Source: an uncultured Candidatus Saccharibacteria bacterium
Lineage (GTDB): Bacteria > Patescibacteriota > Minisyncoccia > Phycocordibacterales > UBA9973
NCBI GenBank assembly: GCA_964500465.1
Contig: CAZCNB010000001.1
Location: 34,567 to 98,566, forward strand
DNA length: 64,000 nt
Direction: 5' to 3'
A program made the position numbers and the translations under genes. This document shows positions 1 to 9,834 of the stretch, piece by piece. Position 1 is the first letter of the stretch. Every line of letters starts with the position of its first letter. Under the pieces are notes generated by a model. The model ran no database searches and was not told the DNA's origin. It saw only the letters and a program-made list of their open reading frames with translations.

Positions 1-2
1 CT

Positions 3-326
3 AAAAAGAAAGCACTTGTAGATGAGAAAAATACAGCAGAAATGATGATATTCTCAGCTGAGAAATCTCTAAAAGAGTATGGAGACAAAATAGATGCTAC
101 ACTTAAAGCAAGTGTTGAAGAAAAGATTAATGCAGTTAAGACCGCAAAAGATGGCACTGATATTGAGGCTATCAAATCTGCACTTGAAGCTCTTACAACT
201 GAAGTTTCAAAAATTGGCGAAGCTATGAGTAAGCAAGGTTCTACTCCTGAAGGAAGTACAACAGCTGAACCTCAAAGTGAAGAGATTAAGGATGCAGAAA
301 CAAAAGAGAATCCAGATAATAAATAA
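3..326 (+). CDS. dnaK: Molecular chaperone DnaK, C-terminal fragment (gene starts upstream of window)
   Basis: Frame from nt 3 translates KKALVDEKNTAEMMIFSAEKSLKEYGDK...; typical DnaK lid/C-terminal tail; immediately followed by dnaJ. Confidence 0.8.
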   Translation, partial: KKKALVDEKNTAEMMIFSAEKSLKEYGDKIDATLKASVEEKINAVKTAKDGTDIEAIKSALEALTTEVSKIGEAMSKQGSTPEGSTTAEPQSEEIKDAETKENPDNK

Positions 327-346
327 AATTATGCTAATATAATTTT

Positions 347-1432
347 ATGTCAAAAGATTACTACGAAATATTAGGAGTAAATAAAAGTGCTTCTAAAGAT
401 GAAATAAAAAAAGCCTTTCACAAGATGGCTCACAAGTATCACCCTGACAAGAACAAGGGTGATGATTCGAAGTTCAAGGAAGTGAATCAGGCTTACCAAA
501 CCCTCTCAGATGACCAAAAACGTGCTCAGTACGATCGTTTTGGAGCAGATGGGCCTCAAGGATTCAATTCGGGTCAAGGAGGTGGATTTGGAGGTTTTGA
601 CTTCTCAGGATTTCAGAATGGTGGTGGGGTAGAGTTTGATATGGGTGACCTTGGAGATATCTTTGGAGATTTCTTTGGAGGTGGAATGGGTCGTGGTGGA
701 AGTAAAGCTCGCAGAGGACGTGATATTTCAACCGAGATAGATCTCACATTTGAGGATTCTGTTTTTGGTGTTACTCGAAAGATATTACTTTCTAAACAAT
801 CAGTTTGTGATATCTGTAAAGGCTCAGGTGGTAAACCTGGGACAAAGATGGATACATGTAAAACATGTAATGGTAACGGTCAGATTCGTGAAGTTAAGCG
901 CTCAATACTTGGAACATTTCAAACAAATAGAACTTGTGACACTTGTCATGGATCTGGAAAAATTCCTAGTGAAAAGTGCAGTGAATGCCATGGAAAAGGA
1001 GTTCGTAATAAACAGGAAGAAATTGAACTAAAAATTCCAGCTGGTATTAGCGATGGAGAAATGCTTCGCATGACTTCTATGGGTGAAGCTATTCAGGGAG
1101 GACAAGCAGGTGATCTGTACATAAAAGTAAATGTAAAACCACATGCAGTTTTCAAAAGAGATGGAATCAATCTAAATCTGGACATAAAGATAAGTCTTAC
1201 AGATGCGCTCCTTGGTATGAATTACAATTTGAAAACTCTTGAAGGAAATAATCTTGAAGTTAAAATTCCAGAAGGAATAAACCATGGAGAATTACTAAGA
1301 GTTAAGGGTAAGGGTGTGCCATCTAGTCGTGGACGAGGAGATATTATTATCCGAGTACTTATAAAGATGCCAACTAAACTTTCTAAGAAATCTAAAGAAC
1401 TAATTGAAAAGTTAAAAGAAGAGGGAATTTAA
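347..1432 (+). CDS. dnaJ: Co-chaperone DnaJ
   Basis: J-domain with HPD (KYHPDKN), Gly/Phe-rich linker, four CxxCxGxG zinc-finger repeats, C-terminal domain. Confidence 0.95.
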   Translation: MSKDYYEILGVNKSASKDEIKKAFHKMAHKYHPDKNKGDDSKFKEVNQAYQTLSDDQKRAQYDRFGADGPQGFNSGQGGGFGGFDFSGFQNGGGVEFDMGDLGDIFGDFFGGGMGRGGSKARRGRDISTEIDLTFEDSVFGVTRKILLSKQSVCDICKGSGGKPGTKMDTCKTCNGNGQIREVKRSILGTFQTNRTCDTCHGSGKIPSEKCSECHGKGVRNKQEEIELKIPAGISDGEMLRMTSMGEAIQGGQAGDLYIKVNVKPHAVFKRDGINLNLDIKISLTDALLGMNYNLKTLEGNNLEVKIPEGINHGELLRVKGKGVPSSRGRGDIIIRVLIKMPTKLSKKSKELIEKLKEEGI

Positions 1433-1445
1433 CCAGAAGATAGAA

Positions 1446-1468
1446 GCACCCGAAAGGGTGTTTTCTGT
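1446..1468 (+). terminator. Intrinsic terminator after dnaJ
   Basis: Hairpin cacccgaaagggtg followed by ttttct. Confidence 0.6.
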
Positions 1469-1558
1469 TGATAAACTATTGTGTTATTTTCTGTAGATGC
1501 TATTATTTTTCTTAAATTTCTAACCCGTTTTTTCTAACCCCCCATTAAATTTTTACAG

Positions 1559-2140
1559 ATGGCTAAAAAAATATCACCAGGTTCTATTAGGTATCGACTG
1601 GTTACAGATTTTAAAAATGCAAATGTTATTCCACACTTGAAAGTTTGGGTAGATGCTATACACGATAATTCACTAAATATGTTACCTGAAACGGTAGAAT
1701 CTTTAAGAAATAAATTATTGTGTGCAGTATTTGCCTTCCATAACCAAAAGTTAGTGGGAGCCGGCGGAATTATGTATCCGCCAACTAAACCTTTGTACTA
1801 CAACAAAAAGCGAGTGGTAGAATTCAGATCTGTTTTTCGTCACCCTGATTATAAGAAATGTGGTATAGCCACAGAGCTTGTAATTAAAAGATTGGAATTT
1901 GTAAAGCAAAGTAAACTTTTCCCAGTTATTCTTACAAAGCAGCCAGACATGAAGCCAATATTGAAGAAACTCGGTTGGGTCTATATAGAGAAACAGCTTG
2001 TAAAGAAGCTGGTACCCGTCAAGAATGGCTTAAGGGATTGCTCTTGTCAAAACAATAAAAGGATACCTTTCATTGGGGAACGATGTTCAAACTGCCCAAT
2101 GCTGGAAAGATTTACTTGGATCAATCCATCATTCCTTTGA
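1559..2140 (+). CDS. Putative GNAT-family N-acetyltransferase
   Basis: VEFRSVFRHPDYKKCGIATELV resembles GNAT acetyl-CoA binding motif (R/Q-x-x-G-x-G/A); weak. Confidence 0.45.
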   Translation: MAKKISPGSIRYRLVTDFKNANVIPHLKVWVDAIHDNSLNMLPETVESLRNKLLCAVFAFHNQKLVGAGGIMYPPTKPLYYNKKRVVEFRSVFRHPDYKKCGIATELVIKRLEFVKQSKLFPVILTKQPDMKPILKKLGWVYIEKQLVKKLVPVKNGLRDCSCQNNKRIPFIGERCSNCPMLERFTWINPSFL

Positions 2141-2151
2141 TTGATTCACAT

Positions 2152-2198
2152 CCGATAGATTGTCAGGCTACTTGCCAGGCGGTCTATCGGTTTTTTTA
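2152..2198 (+). terminator. Intrinsic terminator
   Basis: ccgatagat...atctatcgg stem with inner gcc/ggc pairing, followed by ttttttt. Confidence 0.7.
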
Positions 2199-2285
2199 TT
2201 TAAACTATTTACATATTTTCTCATTTTGCTATTATATTCATATTATTATTTTATTACTGGCGTGAAATTCGCCTGGTAAAAGAAG

Positions 2286-3665
2286 ATGACTAAACGTTCT
2301 GTTGCTTCAAAGAAGCTCTGGAAAATTGGTGCGAAAGAATTTAATACTCAATATTTTGACTTTAATAAAGACGGCGACCTTATCATAAAGGAAGGTCACA
2401 ATATTTATAATGTTCGCTACTTAGCTGATAAGATGGGTACTTCACTTGAAATACTCATGCCTTTTGTTATTGAAGAGAGATTAGAAGACTTGCTCGATAC
2501 AGCTCATGCTCTTTCAAAGAAAACTGGATACAAAGGTAAATTCCTTTATCATTTCCCAATGAAGGTTAATCAAAATAAAGAAGCCGTTATGTCTATTGTA
2601 GGTGAAGGTGCGCATCTTGAAACTTCATCTTACAATGACCTGTATCTGATCAAGAAAATGCTAGAACAAGAATCTTTTAATCCTAATATTCGTATTCTAT
2701 GTAATGGCCCAAAGACCGATAAATACATGAACCTTATTGATGAACTTCAACACAAAGGAATGAAAATTTTTCCAATCATAGAAGGGCCAAATGAACTAAA
2801 ATTTCTTCAGCATTCAAAATACGATGTAGGTATCCGTATAGATATGCCAGTAAAAGCTCAGTCTATTTGGAACAAGCCAATTGATCGCTTTGGATTTTCT
2901 GCGAAAGAAATAATCGCAATGGGGCGCTTTAAGAACTTAAAAATTCTCCACTACCATATTGGTTCACAAATTGAGAAACTTTCTGATGTTATTGTACCTA
3001 TCAAATATGCCCTTGATATTTTCTTTAAATTAAAACAACAAAATCCGTCATTAGACACTCTTGATATTGGTGGAGGAATGCCTATCCCTTATGAGAGAAC
3101 AAAAAGTTATCCAGTAGATAAATTGCTTGAGAAAATATTTGAAGTTGTTAAAAAAGAATCTGAGAAAAGAGGAATGCCACATCCAAATATTATCTGTGAA
3201 TGGGGTCGCTATATTGCAGCACCAGCACAGATAAATATTTATAAAGTTATTGATACAAAAAAGATTCATAGTAAAAAAGCCGAAGCCGATAAATGGTATG
3301 TTATCGATGGTAGTTTTATGAACGACTTATGTGACACATGGGCTATAGGTCAAAAATGGGCAATAGCCCCAGTGAATAATAGCAATGACAAGAACCTCAC
3401 AAATGTCTGGCTTGCAGGATCAACTTGTGACTCAGATGACGTATATACAGGCACAAAGGGTTCTATAGAGCTTCCAGATTATGAAATGGATGAAAGTAAG
3501 CCAATGTATATAGCTGTATTTGATACTGGTGCATATGAAGATGCTCTAGTAATGCACCATTGTCTACTTTCTTCACCACTTAAGATCATTGCAGAAAATG
3601 GGCATATAGTTGTCGCTCGCAAACGTGAGACACCAGAAGAAGTTGGAAAAGTATTTGGTTGGTAA
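2286..3665 (+). CDS. speA: PLP-dependent arginine decarboxylase (fold-type III, SpeA-like)
   Basis: PMKVNQ PLP-lysine motif, DIGGGMPIPY, HYHIGSQ, CEWGRY motifs of Orn/Arg/DAP decarboxylase family; SpeA-like HxGSQ; adjacent agmatinase. Confidence 0.75.
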   Translation: MTKRSVASKKLWKIGAKEFNTQYFDFNKDGDLIIKEGHNIYNVRYLADKMGTSLEILMPFVIEERLEDLLDTAHALSKKTGYKGKFLYHFPMKVNQNKEAVMSIVGEGAHLETSSYNDLYLIKKMLEQESFNPNIRILCNGPKTDKYMNLIDELQHKGMKIFPIIEGPNELKFLQHSKYDVGIRIDMPVKAQSIWNKPIDRFGFSAKEIIAMGRFKNLKILHYHIGSQIEKLSDVIVPIKYALDIFFKLKQQNPSLDTLDIGGGMPIPYERTKSYPVDKLLEKIFEVVKKESEKRGMPHPNIICEWGRYIAAPAQINIYKVIDTKKIHSKKAEADKWYVIDGSFMNDLCDTWAIGQKWAIAPVNNSNDKNLTNVWLAGSTCDSDDVYTGTKGSIELPDYEMDESKPMYIAVFDTGAYEDALVMHHCLLSSPLKIIAENGHIVVARKRETPEEVGKVFGW

Positions 3666-3687
3666 TTATTATTAATAATAAATATAT

Positions 3688-4707
3688 ATGAACAATAATC
3701 TTCCTACATTAGAATTTATTTTAAAAAATTATAAGAATTTCAACGCTCGTGCTACTCGCGATGCACTCATTGCATATTGGAGGCATACAGAAAAAGGTGG
3801 CAAAATGTTCTGGGCTCTTGCTGGAGCTATGTCTTCAGCACAGCTTGGAATAGTTCTTGCTCCAGCTATTCGTGCTGGACTTATATCTGGAATATCATCA
3901 ACGGGTGCAAATCTTGAAGAGTCACTCTTCCGCCTCGTAGCTCATAATTCTTACAAAGATTTTCCAGATTACAGGTACTTCACAAAGGAACATGATACAA
4001 AAATATTAGAAGATAGAATGCGTCGCGTTACAGACACAAGTATTCCAGAAGATGAAGCATTTCGTGCTGTTGAAAAACACATAGTTCCTACATGGAAAGA
4101 AGCAACTGAAAAGGGAACACGTATGTTCTGGCATGAATACTTCTATGATCTTATTCAAAAAATAGACAAAGAAGACCATGAAGGCAAAGCAGATGAATGT
4201 TGGCTTCTTGCGGCAGCAGAGAATAATATTCCAATAGTTGTTCCAGGATATGAAGATTCAACATTTGGAAACATTTTTGCATCACACGTGAAAACTGGTG
4301 AATGCAATGCAAGTATTGTGAAGTCAGGTATTGAATACATGGCTGCTTGGTATGACCAATACAAAAAGTTGTCTGATGGGGAAGGAGTAGGATTCTTCCA
4401 AATTGGTGGAGGTATAGCAGGAGATTTCCCAATCTGCGTAGTGCCATCTATTAAATATGATCTTGGAGAAGATGTTAAACCATGGGCATATTTCTGCCAG
4501 ATTTCCGATTCTACTACCTCATACGGCTCATATTCAGGAGCTACTCCAAACGAAAAAATTACTTGGGATAAACTTACAAAAGACACACCAATGTTTGTTA
4601 TTGAATCAGATGCCACAATAGTTGCTCCACTCATACTCCAAGCCTTACTTGAAATGAAAGCAAATCCAAAAGAGGCGAATGAATTGATTTCAAAATATAC
4701 TGCATAA
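3688..4707 (+). CDS. Deoxyhypusine synthase-like protein (putative homospermidine synthase)
   Basis: SSTGANLEESL, NIPIVVPGYEDSTFGNIF, QIGGGIAGDF, SYSGATPNEKITWDKL align to DHS motifs including catalytic Lys (WxK). Confidence 0.75.
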   Translation: MNNNLPTLEFILKNYKNFNARATRDALIAYWRHTEKGGKMFWALAGAMSSAQLGIVLAPAIRAGLISGISSTGANLEESLFRLVAHNSYKDFPDYRYFTKEHDTKILEDRMRRVTDTSIPEDEAFRAVEKHIVPTWKEATEKGTRMFWHEYFYDLIQKIDKEDHEGKADECWLLAAAENNIPIVVPGYEDSTFGNIFASHVKTGECNASIVKSGIEYMAAWYDQYKKLSDGEGVGFFQIGGGIAGDFPICVVPSIKYDLGEDVKPWAYFCQISDSTTSYGSYSGATPNEKITWDKLTKDTPMFVIESDATIVAPLILQALLEMKANPKEANELISKYTA

Positions 4708-4713
4708 AATAAT

Positions 4714-4740
4714 AAAACCCCCGAATCGGGGGTTTTATTA
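4714..4740. terminator. Bidirectional intrinsic terminator between DHS-like gene and agmatinase
   Basis: aaaacccccgaatcgggggtttt perfect hairpin with A/T tracts both sides. Confidence 0.75.
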
Positions 4741-5625
4741 TTTTAATCTGTCTCTAAATTTATTTGCAATAATACTGTAACAAAGTTGAGCTGCACCATA
4801 CTCAGTCAGCACTGAATCTTTCATAGGGGAGACTTCTACTATATCTGCACCGATAAGATTTTTTTCTTTAACTAAGCGAGTTATAAGCTCCATTCCATAC
4901 CACCATTCAAGACCACCTTGTACAGGCGTACCTGTACCTGGCATATGAGCAGGATCAAAACCATCTACGTCTATAGTAAGATAAACGTTTTTTGTATTTA
5001 TTGAAGCAAGTATTTCATCTATTGTTGGAATTTTATTTGCATTACCCCATTCAAAAACTTTAATATTATTTTTAGGATCACTAAAATAATTATATTCATC
5101 TATTGAATATGTACGGATACCAACTTGGATAAGTTTATAACCGAGCTCATTTCCACGATGAAGAACACATGAGTGAGCGTACTTTGATGGGTGAGTACTA
5201 TAATCGCCATCATTGTCACGAAGGTCACAGTGAGCGTCTATATGAAGTATAGTAGTATCTTTTGCATCTATATGTTTTGCAAGTGCTTGAAATAATCCAA
5301 GTGATACTGAGTGTTCACCACCTAAAAGAAATACAAATTTACCCTCAGAAACAAATTTCTCACACTCAGTTGTTATTTTACTCAATGCTTTTTCTGGAGT
5401 TAATTTATTTATATTACCTAAATCTTTTTGTGCAATTTTTACAAAATTATTCACCTCTTTTTTGTATTCACGATCGAAAAATTCGAGTTTACTATCTAAA
5501 CATTTAAGTATTGCCTTTGGTCCATTGATAGTACCTTTACGACTGGAAGCTGTTTTTTCATAAGGTGCAGACACAATAACAACGTCTGCAGTTTTTGTAT
5601 TTTTTTCATTTAAAATTGAATTCAT
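4738..5625 (-). CDS. speB: Agmatinase (ureohydrolase/arginase family)
   Basis: GGEHS, DAHCDLRD, DVDGFDP, metal-binding motifs of arginase/agmatinase fold. Confidence 0.8.
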   Translation of the reverse strand: MNSILNEKNTKTADVVIVSAPYEKTASSRKGTINGPKAILKCLDSKLEFFDREYKKEVNNFVKIAQKDLGNINKLTPEKALSKITTECEKFVSEGKFVFLLGGEHSVSLGLFQALAKHIDAKDTTILHIDAHCDLRDNDGDYSTHPSKYAHSCVLHRGNELGYKLIQVGIRTYSIDEYNYFSDPKNNIKVFEWGNANKIPTIDEILASINTKNVYLTIDVDGFDPAHMPGTGTPVQGGLEWWYGMELITRLVKEKNLIGADIVEVSPMKDSVLTEYGAAQLCYSIIANKFRDRLK

Positions 5626-5844
5626 ATAGAAACTATGATACAGAAATAAGCCATTTAATGCAATAAAATTATGGGCATGTTACAATATCCTGGTATGGAT
5701 AGGAAATCTTTCATTATGATCCTCATAATAGCTATTGCTACTTTAGTATCAATATATTTCTTGTACCAAAGATCTTATAATGACAAAAGTTTTGAAATAA
5801 TTGACGATAATACTTTAAATTTAAGCCAGAACAATTCTTAATTT

Positions 5845-6783
5845 ATGCATAATAATTGGTTTTTTATAGCTTTAATACCACCCATACTTTGGAGTATAGT
5901 TAACCACGTTGATAAATACATACTTTCTAGACATTTCAAGGGTAGTAGTTTAGGTGGGATATTTCTTTTCTCATCCTTATTTTCTATAGTTGTATTAATT
6001 TTTATTTCTCCATTTTTGTCAGATTCATTTTTTGATGTCCCTTTTGCTCACATTCTACTACTGCTTTTTGTTGGTGCTTTAAATGCTTGTGCATTCTTTT
6101 TATATTTAAAAGCTATAAATGAAGAGGAGGCTTCTATTGTTGTACCATTGCTTCAAATGATACCAGTGTTCGGTTATCTACTAGGTTATCCTATTCTCGG
6201 TGAAGTGCTTTCTTCTCAACAAATATTAGCAGCAATTATTATAATGATTGGTGTATCAATACTTTCTATAGATTTTGATATTGATAACAATAAGTTTTCT
6301 GTTAAAAAAAGAATACTACTTTTAGTAGGTGGGTCATCTTTTTTGTTTGCTTTACACGATGTTCTTTTTAAAACAGTTACAGATGAAAACCACTTTCTAA
6401 TTTCAGCTTTTTGGCAAAACTCTGGTTTGGTTATTGTAGGATCTTTAGTTTTTATTTTTCATAAAGTATACCGTAAACAGTTTATAGAAATATTTATTGC
6501 TAATAATGCTAAGGCCCTCTCTCTAAATATAATATCTGAAGTACTATATACTATCGGTAGTCTTGCAAATAGTTTTGCTACATTACTTGCACCAGTTGCA
6601 CTAGTATTGATTATAAGTAGCTATCAACCACTATTTGTGTTTGTTATAGGAACACTGCTCACTATGTTTTTACCTATAATTAGTAGTGAAAAAGTTACTT
6701 TAAAACATTTACTTCAAAAGATATTATCTATTATAATAATAATCATAGGGAGTTATCTTCTTTATTCATTCTCAACCTATTAA
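5845..6783 (+). CDS. Polytopic membrane protein, DMT/EamA-like transporter
   Basis: ~10 predicted TM helices, two-repeat architecture; no specific motif recognised. Confidence 0.45.
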   Translation: MHNNWFFIALIPPILWSIVNHVDKYILSRHFKGSSLGGIFLFSSLFSIVVLIFISPFLSDSFFDVPFAHILLLLFVGALNACAFFLYLKAINEEEASIVVPLLQMIPVFGYLLGYPILGEVLSSQQILAAIIIMIGVSILSIDFDIDNNKFSVKKRILLLVGGSSFLFALHDVLFKTVTDENHFLISAFWQNSGLVIVGSLVFIFHKVYRKQFIEIFIANNAKALSLNIISEVLYTIGSLANSFATLLAPVALVLIISSYQPLFVFVIGTLLTMFLPIISSEKVTLKHLLQKILSIIIIIIGSYLLYSFSTY

Positions 6784-6789
6784 ATTTCT

Positions 6790-8460
6790 ATGCCATTTTG
6801 CCCTTGGGAACCAGCTCAATACTTAATATATTCAAGTAATATTCCAAGTTTATTTTATTACTCTCATATACCAGCTATTATAGTTGCATTATTTTTAGGT
6901 ATCTTTATCTTATACAAAGGTAATAAATCTATCGTCAATATAGTTCTATTTTCAATCACGATACTTTTTTCTATTTGGTGTATATTCGATTTAATCTTGT
7001 GGGCTACTAACAATCCAAGTGATACTATGTTCTTTTGGTCATTACAGGTATTAATTGAACCCTTAATTTACGCTACATGTATATATCTAACATTTTTGTT
7101 TGTGAAGGGTAGAGATATGATTTTTAGTGAAAAACTGTTAATGACTATTTTAATTACTCCATTCATAATATTTTTATCGAACAAGTTAACTTTAATAGGA
7201 GTAAATCTTTCTGATTGTACAGCTATTGAAGGTCCGATTTCTCTATATTACTCATACGTATATCAAATCATAAGTGTTATCATAATACTTGAAATATTTG
7301 TTTCATCCTATAGAAAAACAACCGATTCTCTTAGAAAGAAGGAAATTAGATACTTTATCATTGGAATGATTATGTTCCTCCTTGCTTTTTCATGGGGCAA
7401 TCTCATAGGTAGCTTTACTGATAATTGGACTATTGCACAAGGAGGTTTGATAGGAATGCCAATATTTTTTGGTTTTCTTGCATATATAAGTGTTAAATTT
7501 AAAACTTTCAACTTAAAAATACTTGGAGCCCAAGCGCTAGTCTTTGTATTAGGGTTTTTGGTTCTATCAATGTTATTTATAAGAAGTTTGAATTATATAA
7601 ATATTATTATATTTTTCATGTTAGGGTTTGTTATAGTGCTTGGATATCAGTTAATTAAAGGTGTAAAAACTGAAGTTAAACAAAGAGAGCGCCTAGAAGT
7701 TTTAAGATTAAAACTTGAAGAGTCCAATTTAAAGCTTGAAGATGCTAATGATAAACTCAAAGATTTAGATAGATTAAAAACTGAATTTTTATCTCTTGCT
7801 TCACACCAGTTACGAAGCCCTCTTACAGCGATAAAGGGTTACACTTCTATGGTTCTTGAAGGAGATTTTGGAGAGCTAAATGAAAAAGCTAAAGAGGCGA
7901 TAGAGAGAGTTTTTCAATCAACAATGAATCTAACAAAAGTTGTTGAAGACTTGTTAAATGTCTCTAAAATTGAGCAAGGTGGGATGAAATTTGTAATGGA
8001 ACCTTTCTGTTTGGCGGAGATTGCTAGAGATATGTCTAAAGATTTATCTATAAGTGCAGAAAAAAAAGGATTGAAACTAAGCTTTGAATCAGATAAAGAT
8101 GAAGATTGTATGGTAAATGGTGATAAAGAAAAACTCCGTCAAGTTGTTCTAAATCTAATTGATAACTCTATAAAATATACAAAAGAGGGAAACGTAAATG
8201 TTTCAGTTAGAAAGGTATCAGAGAAAGTTGTATTTTCTGTTAAAGATACTGGTATGGGTATGACTCCAGAAATAAAAGCAACATTGTTCCAAAAATTCTC
8301 AAGAGGGGAAGGCGCTCGCATGAATACTGGGGGTTCAGGCCTAGGTCTTTATCTTGCAAAAGAAATTATGGAAGCACATAAAGGAACAATAGATGTTGAT
8401 TCAGAAGGTATGGGTAAAGGATCAAATTTCCACTTTGAATTAGATGCAATACAAAAATAA
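6790..8460 (+). CDS. Sensor histidine kinase (multi-TM sensor, coiled coil, HisKA, HATPase)
   Basis: H-box LASHQLRSPLTAIKGY; G-box GGSGLGLYLAKEI; N-terminal ~8 TM segments; no response regulator adjacent. Confidence 0.85.
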   Translation: MPFCPWEPAQYLIYSSNIPSLFYYSHIPAIIVALFLGIFILYKGNKSIVNIVLFSITILFSIWCIFDLILWATNNPSDTMFFWSLQVLIEPLIYATCIYLTFLFVKGRDMIFSEKLLMTILITPFIIFLSNKLTLIGVNLSDCTAIEGPISLYYSYVYQIISVIIILEIFVSSYRKTTDSLRKKEIRYFIIGMIMFLLAFSWGNLIGSFTDNWTIAQGGLIGMPIFFGFLAYISVKFKTFNLKILGAQALVFVLGFLVLSMLFIRSLNYINIIIFFMLGFVIVLGYQLIKGVKTEVKQRERLEVLRLKLEESNLKLEDANDKLKDLDRLKTEFLSLASHQLRSPLTAIKGYTSMVLEGDFGELNEKAKEAIERVFQSTMNLTKVVEDLLNVSKIEQGGMKFVMEPFCLAEIARDMSKDLSISAEKKGLKLSFESDKDEDCMVNGDKEKLRQVVLNLIDNSIKYTKEGNVNVSVRKVSEKVVFSVKDTGMGMTPEIKATLFQKFSRGEGARMNTGGSGLGLYLAKEIMEAHKGTIDVDSEGMGKGSNFHFELDAIQK

Positions 8461-8481
8461 CCCTTTAACAGGTTTTTTGTA

Positions 8482-9834
8482 TTATAGCTTCTTTACTTTT
8501 GGCCCGTTTACTGTGTCTTCAATTTTGTATCCTAGTTCTGCAGTATTTTTTCTAATCCTATCTACTTCTTCCCAATTTTTTTCTTCTTTTGCTTTTATAT
8601 AATTATCTAAATTAATATCTTTTGGGATTTCTTCTTCTTTTAAATTCTCTAAGCCAAACCCGAATACTTTATCAAAATCAAGCATAGTTGCTTTCTTGTC
8701 TTCTGGTCTAATATCTGGATTATGAACTAAATCCCATAGTAACGCCAAAGCCTTAGGTGTGTCTAAATCATCATCCATATATTCCATAAATCTTTCCTTA
8801 TAATTTTGGTCAACTGAACCAGTGTTTATCTTAATCAAATTTCTAAAAAACTCATGTAGTCTCTTTAATGCAACTTGGCTTGCGTTTACTGCATCTAATG
8901 TAAAGTTTGTTTTTGTTCTATAGTGAGCTCCATATATCCATAATCTAAAAGCAAGAGGTTCAACACCTTTTTCAATTAAATCTCTCAAGGTGTAGAAGTT
9001 TCCAGCTGATTTAGCCATTTTTACTCCATCTACCATTAAGTGCTCATTGTGCATAAAGTATTTAGAAAACATTTTTCCAGTTGCACACTCGGATTGAGCT
9101 ATTTCATTTTCGTGGTGAGGAAACATATTATCAACTCCACCAGTATGTAAATCAAAAGTTTCTCCTAATTCATGCATACTCATTGCTGAACATTCTATGT
9201 GCCATCCTGGTCTACCTTTTCCTAATGATGTTTCCCAAAATACCTCTCCATCAGAGTTATCCCATGCTTTCCATAGTGCAAAATCTTCTGCACTATCTTT
9301 ATCGTATTCATCTTTAGTTATTCTACCTTTTGCATTTTCTTTTAAATCAGATATTTTAAAATGAGACAACTTGCCGTAATCAGGATCCTTGTGTATATCA
9401 AAATATACTGATCCATCTTCTGTTTTATAAGCAAAACCTTTTTCTAATAGTTTCTCAATGATTTTAACCATTTCAGGTATGAAGTCTGTAGCCTTTGTGT
9501 AGTTATCTGCTTTTGTTATATTGAGCTCATCTCTATCTTTATAAAATTCTAAAGTATAAAACTCTGTAAAATCTTTTAAACTTTTCCCTTGAGCTTTGGA
9601 ATCCCTAATGGTTTTATCATCAATATCAGTTATATTCATAATATGTTTTACATTGTATCCTCTGTAGGTCAGATATCTTTTTAAAATATCTCCGAATATG
9701 TATGCTCTATAATTTCCAATATGCGGATAATTATAAACAGTAGGTCCACAAGTATATAAGCCAACCTTATTTTCACTGATTGGTTCGAATTCTTCTTTTG
9801 ATCTAGATAAAGTATTGAATATATTTAAAGCCAT
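8482..9834 (-). CDS. cysS: Cysteinyl-tRNA synthetase
   Basis: Class I HIGN motif (YPHIGNYRAY), KMAKS (KMSKS variant), zinc-binding Cys. Confidence 0.95.
   Translation of the reverse strand: MALNIFNTLSRSKEEFEPISENKVGLYTCGPTVYNYPHIGNYRAYIFGDILKRYLTYRGYNVKHIMNITDIDDKTIRDSKAQGKSLKDFTEFYTLEFYKDRDELNITKADNYTKATDFIPEMVKIIEKLLEKGFAYKTEDGSVYFDIHKDPDYGKLSHFKISDLKENAKGRITKDEYDKDSAEDFALWKAWDNSDGEVFWETSLGKGRPGWHIECSAMSMHELGETFDLHTGGVDNMFPHHENEIAQSECATGKMFSKYFMHNEHLMVDGVKMAKSAGNFYTLRDLIEKGVEPLAFRLWIYGAHYRTKTNFTLDAVNASQVALKRLHEFFRNLIKINTGSVDQNYKERFMEYMDDDLDTPKALALLWDLVHNPDIRPEDKKATMLDFDKVFGFGLENLKEEEIPKDINLDNYIKAKEEKNWEEVDRIRKNTAELGYKIEDTVNGPKVKKL

Noticed and set aside
750-1031. Nested or antisense ORFs in the track, e.g. 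750-1031, 3051-3269, 4151-4634, 7308-7511, 10714-11034, 17445-17699, 33457-33876, 35362-35763, 45162-45395, 59553-60092
   Set aside because: They lie wholly inside or antisense to well-supported conserved genes, with no independent motifs.
2175-2275. Long-range complement ccaggcg (2175) / cgcctgg (2268) downstream of GNAT terminator as possible speA riboswitch
   Set aside because: It lies 3' of an already complete terminator with no conserved riboswitch motif; likely chance complementarity.
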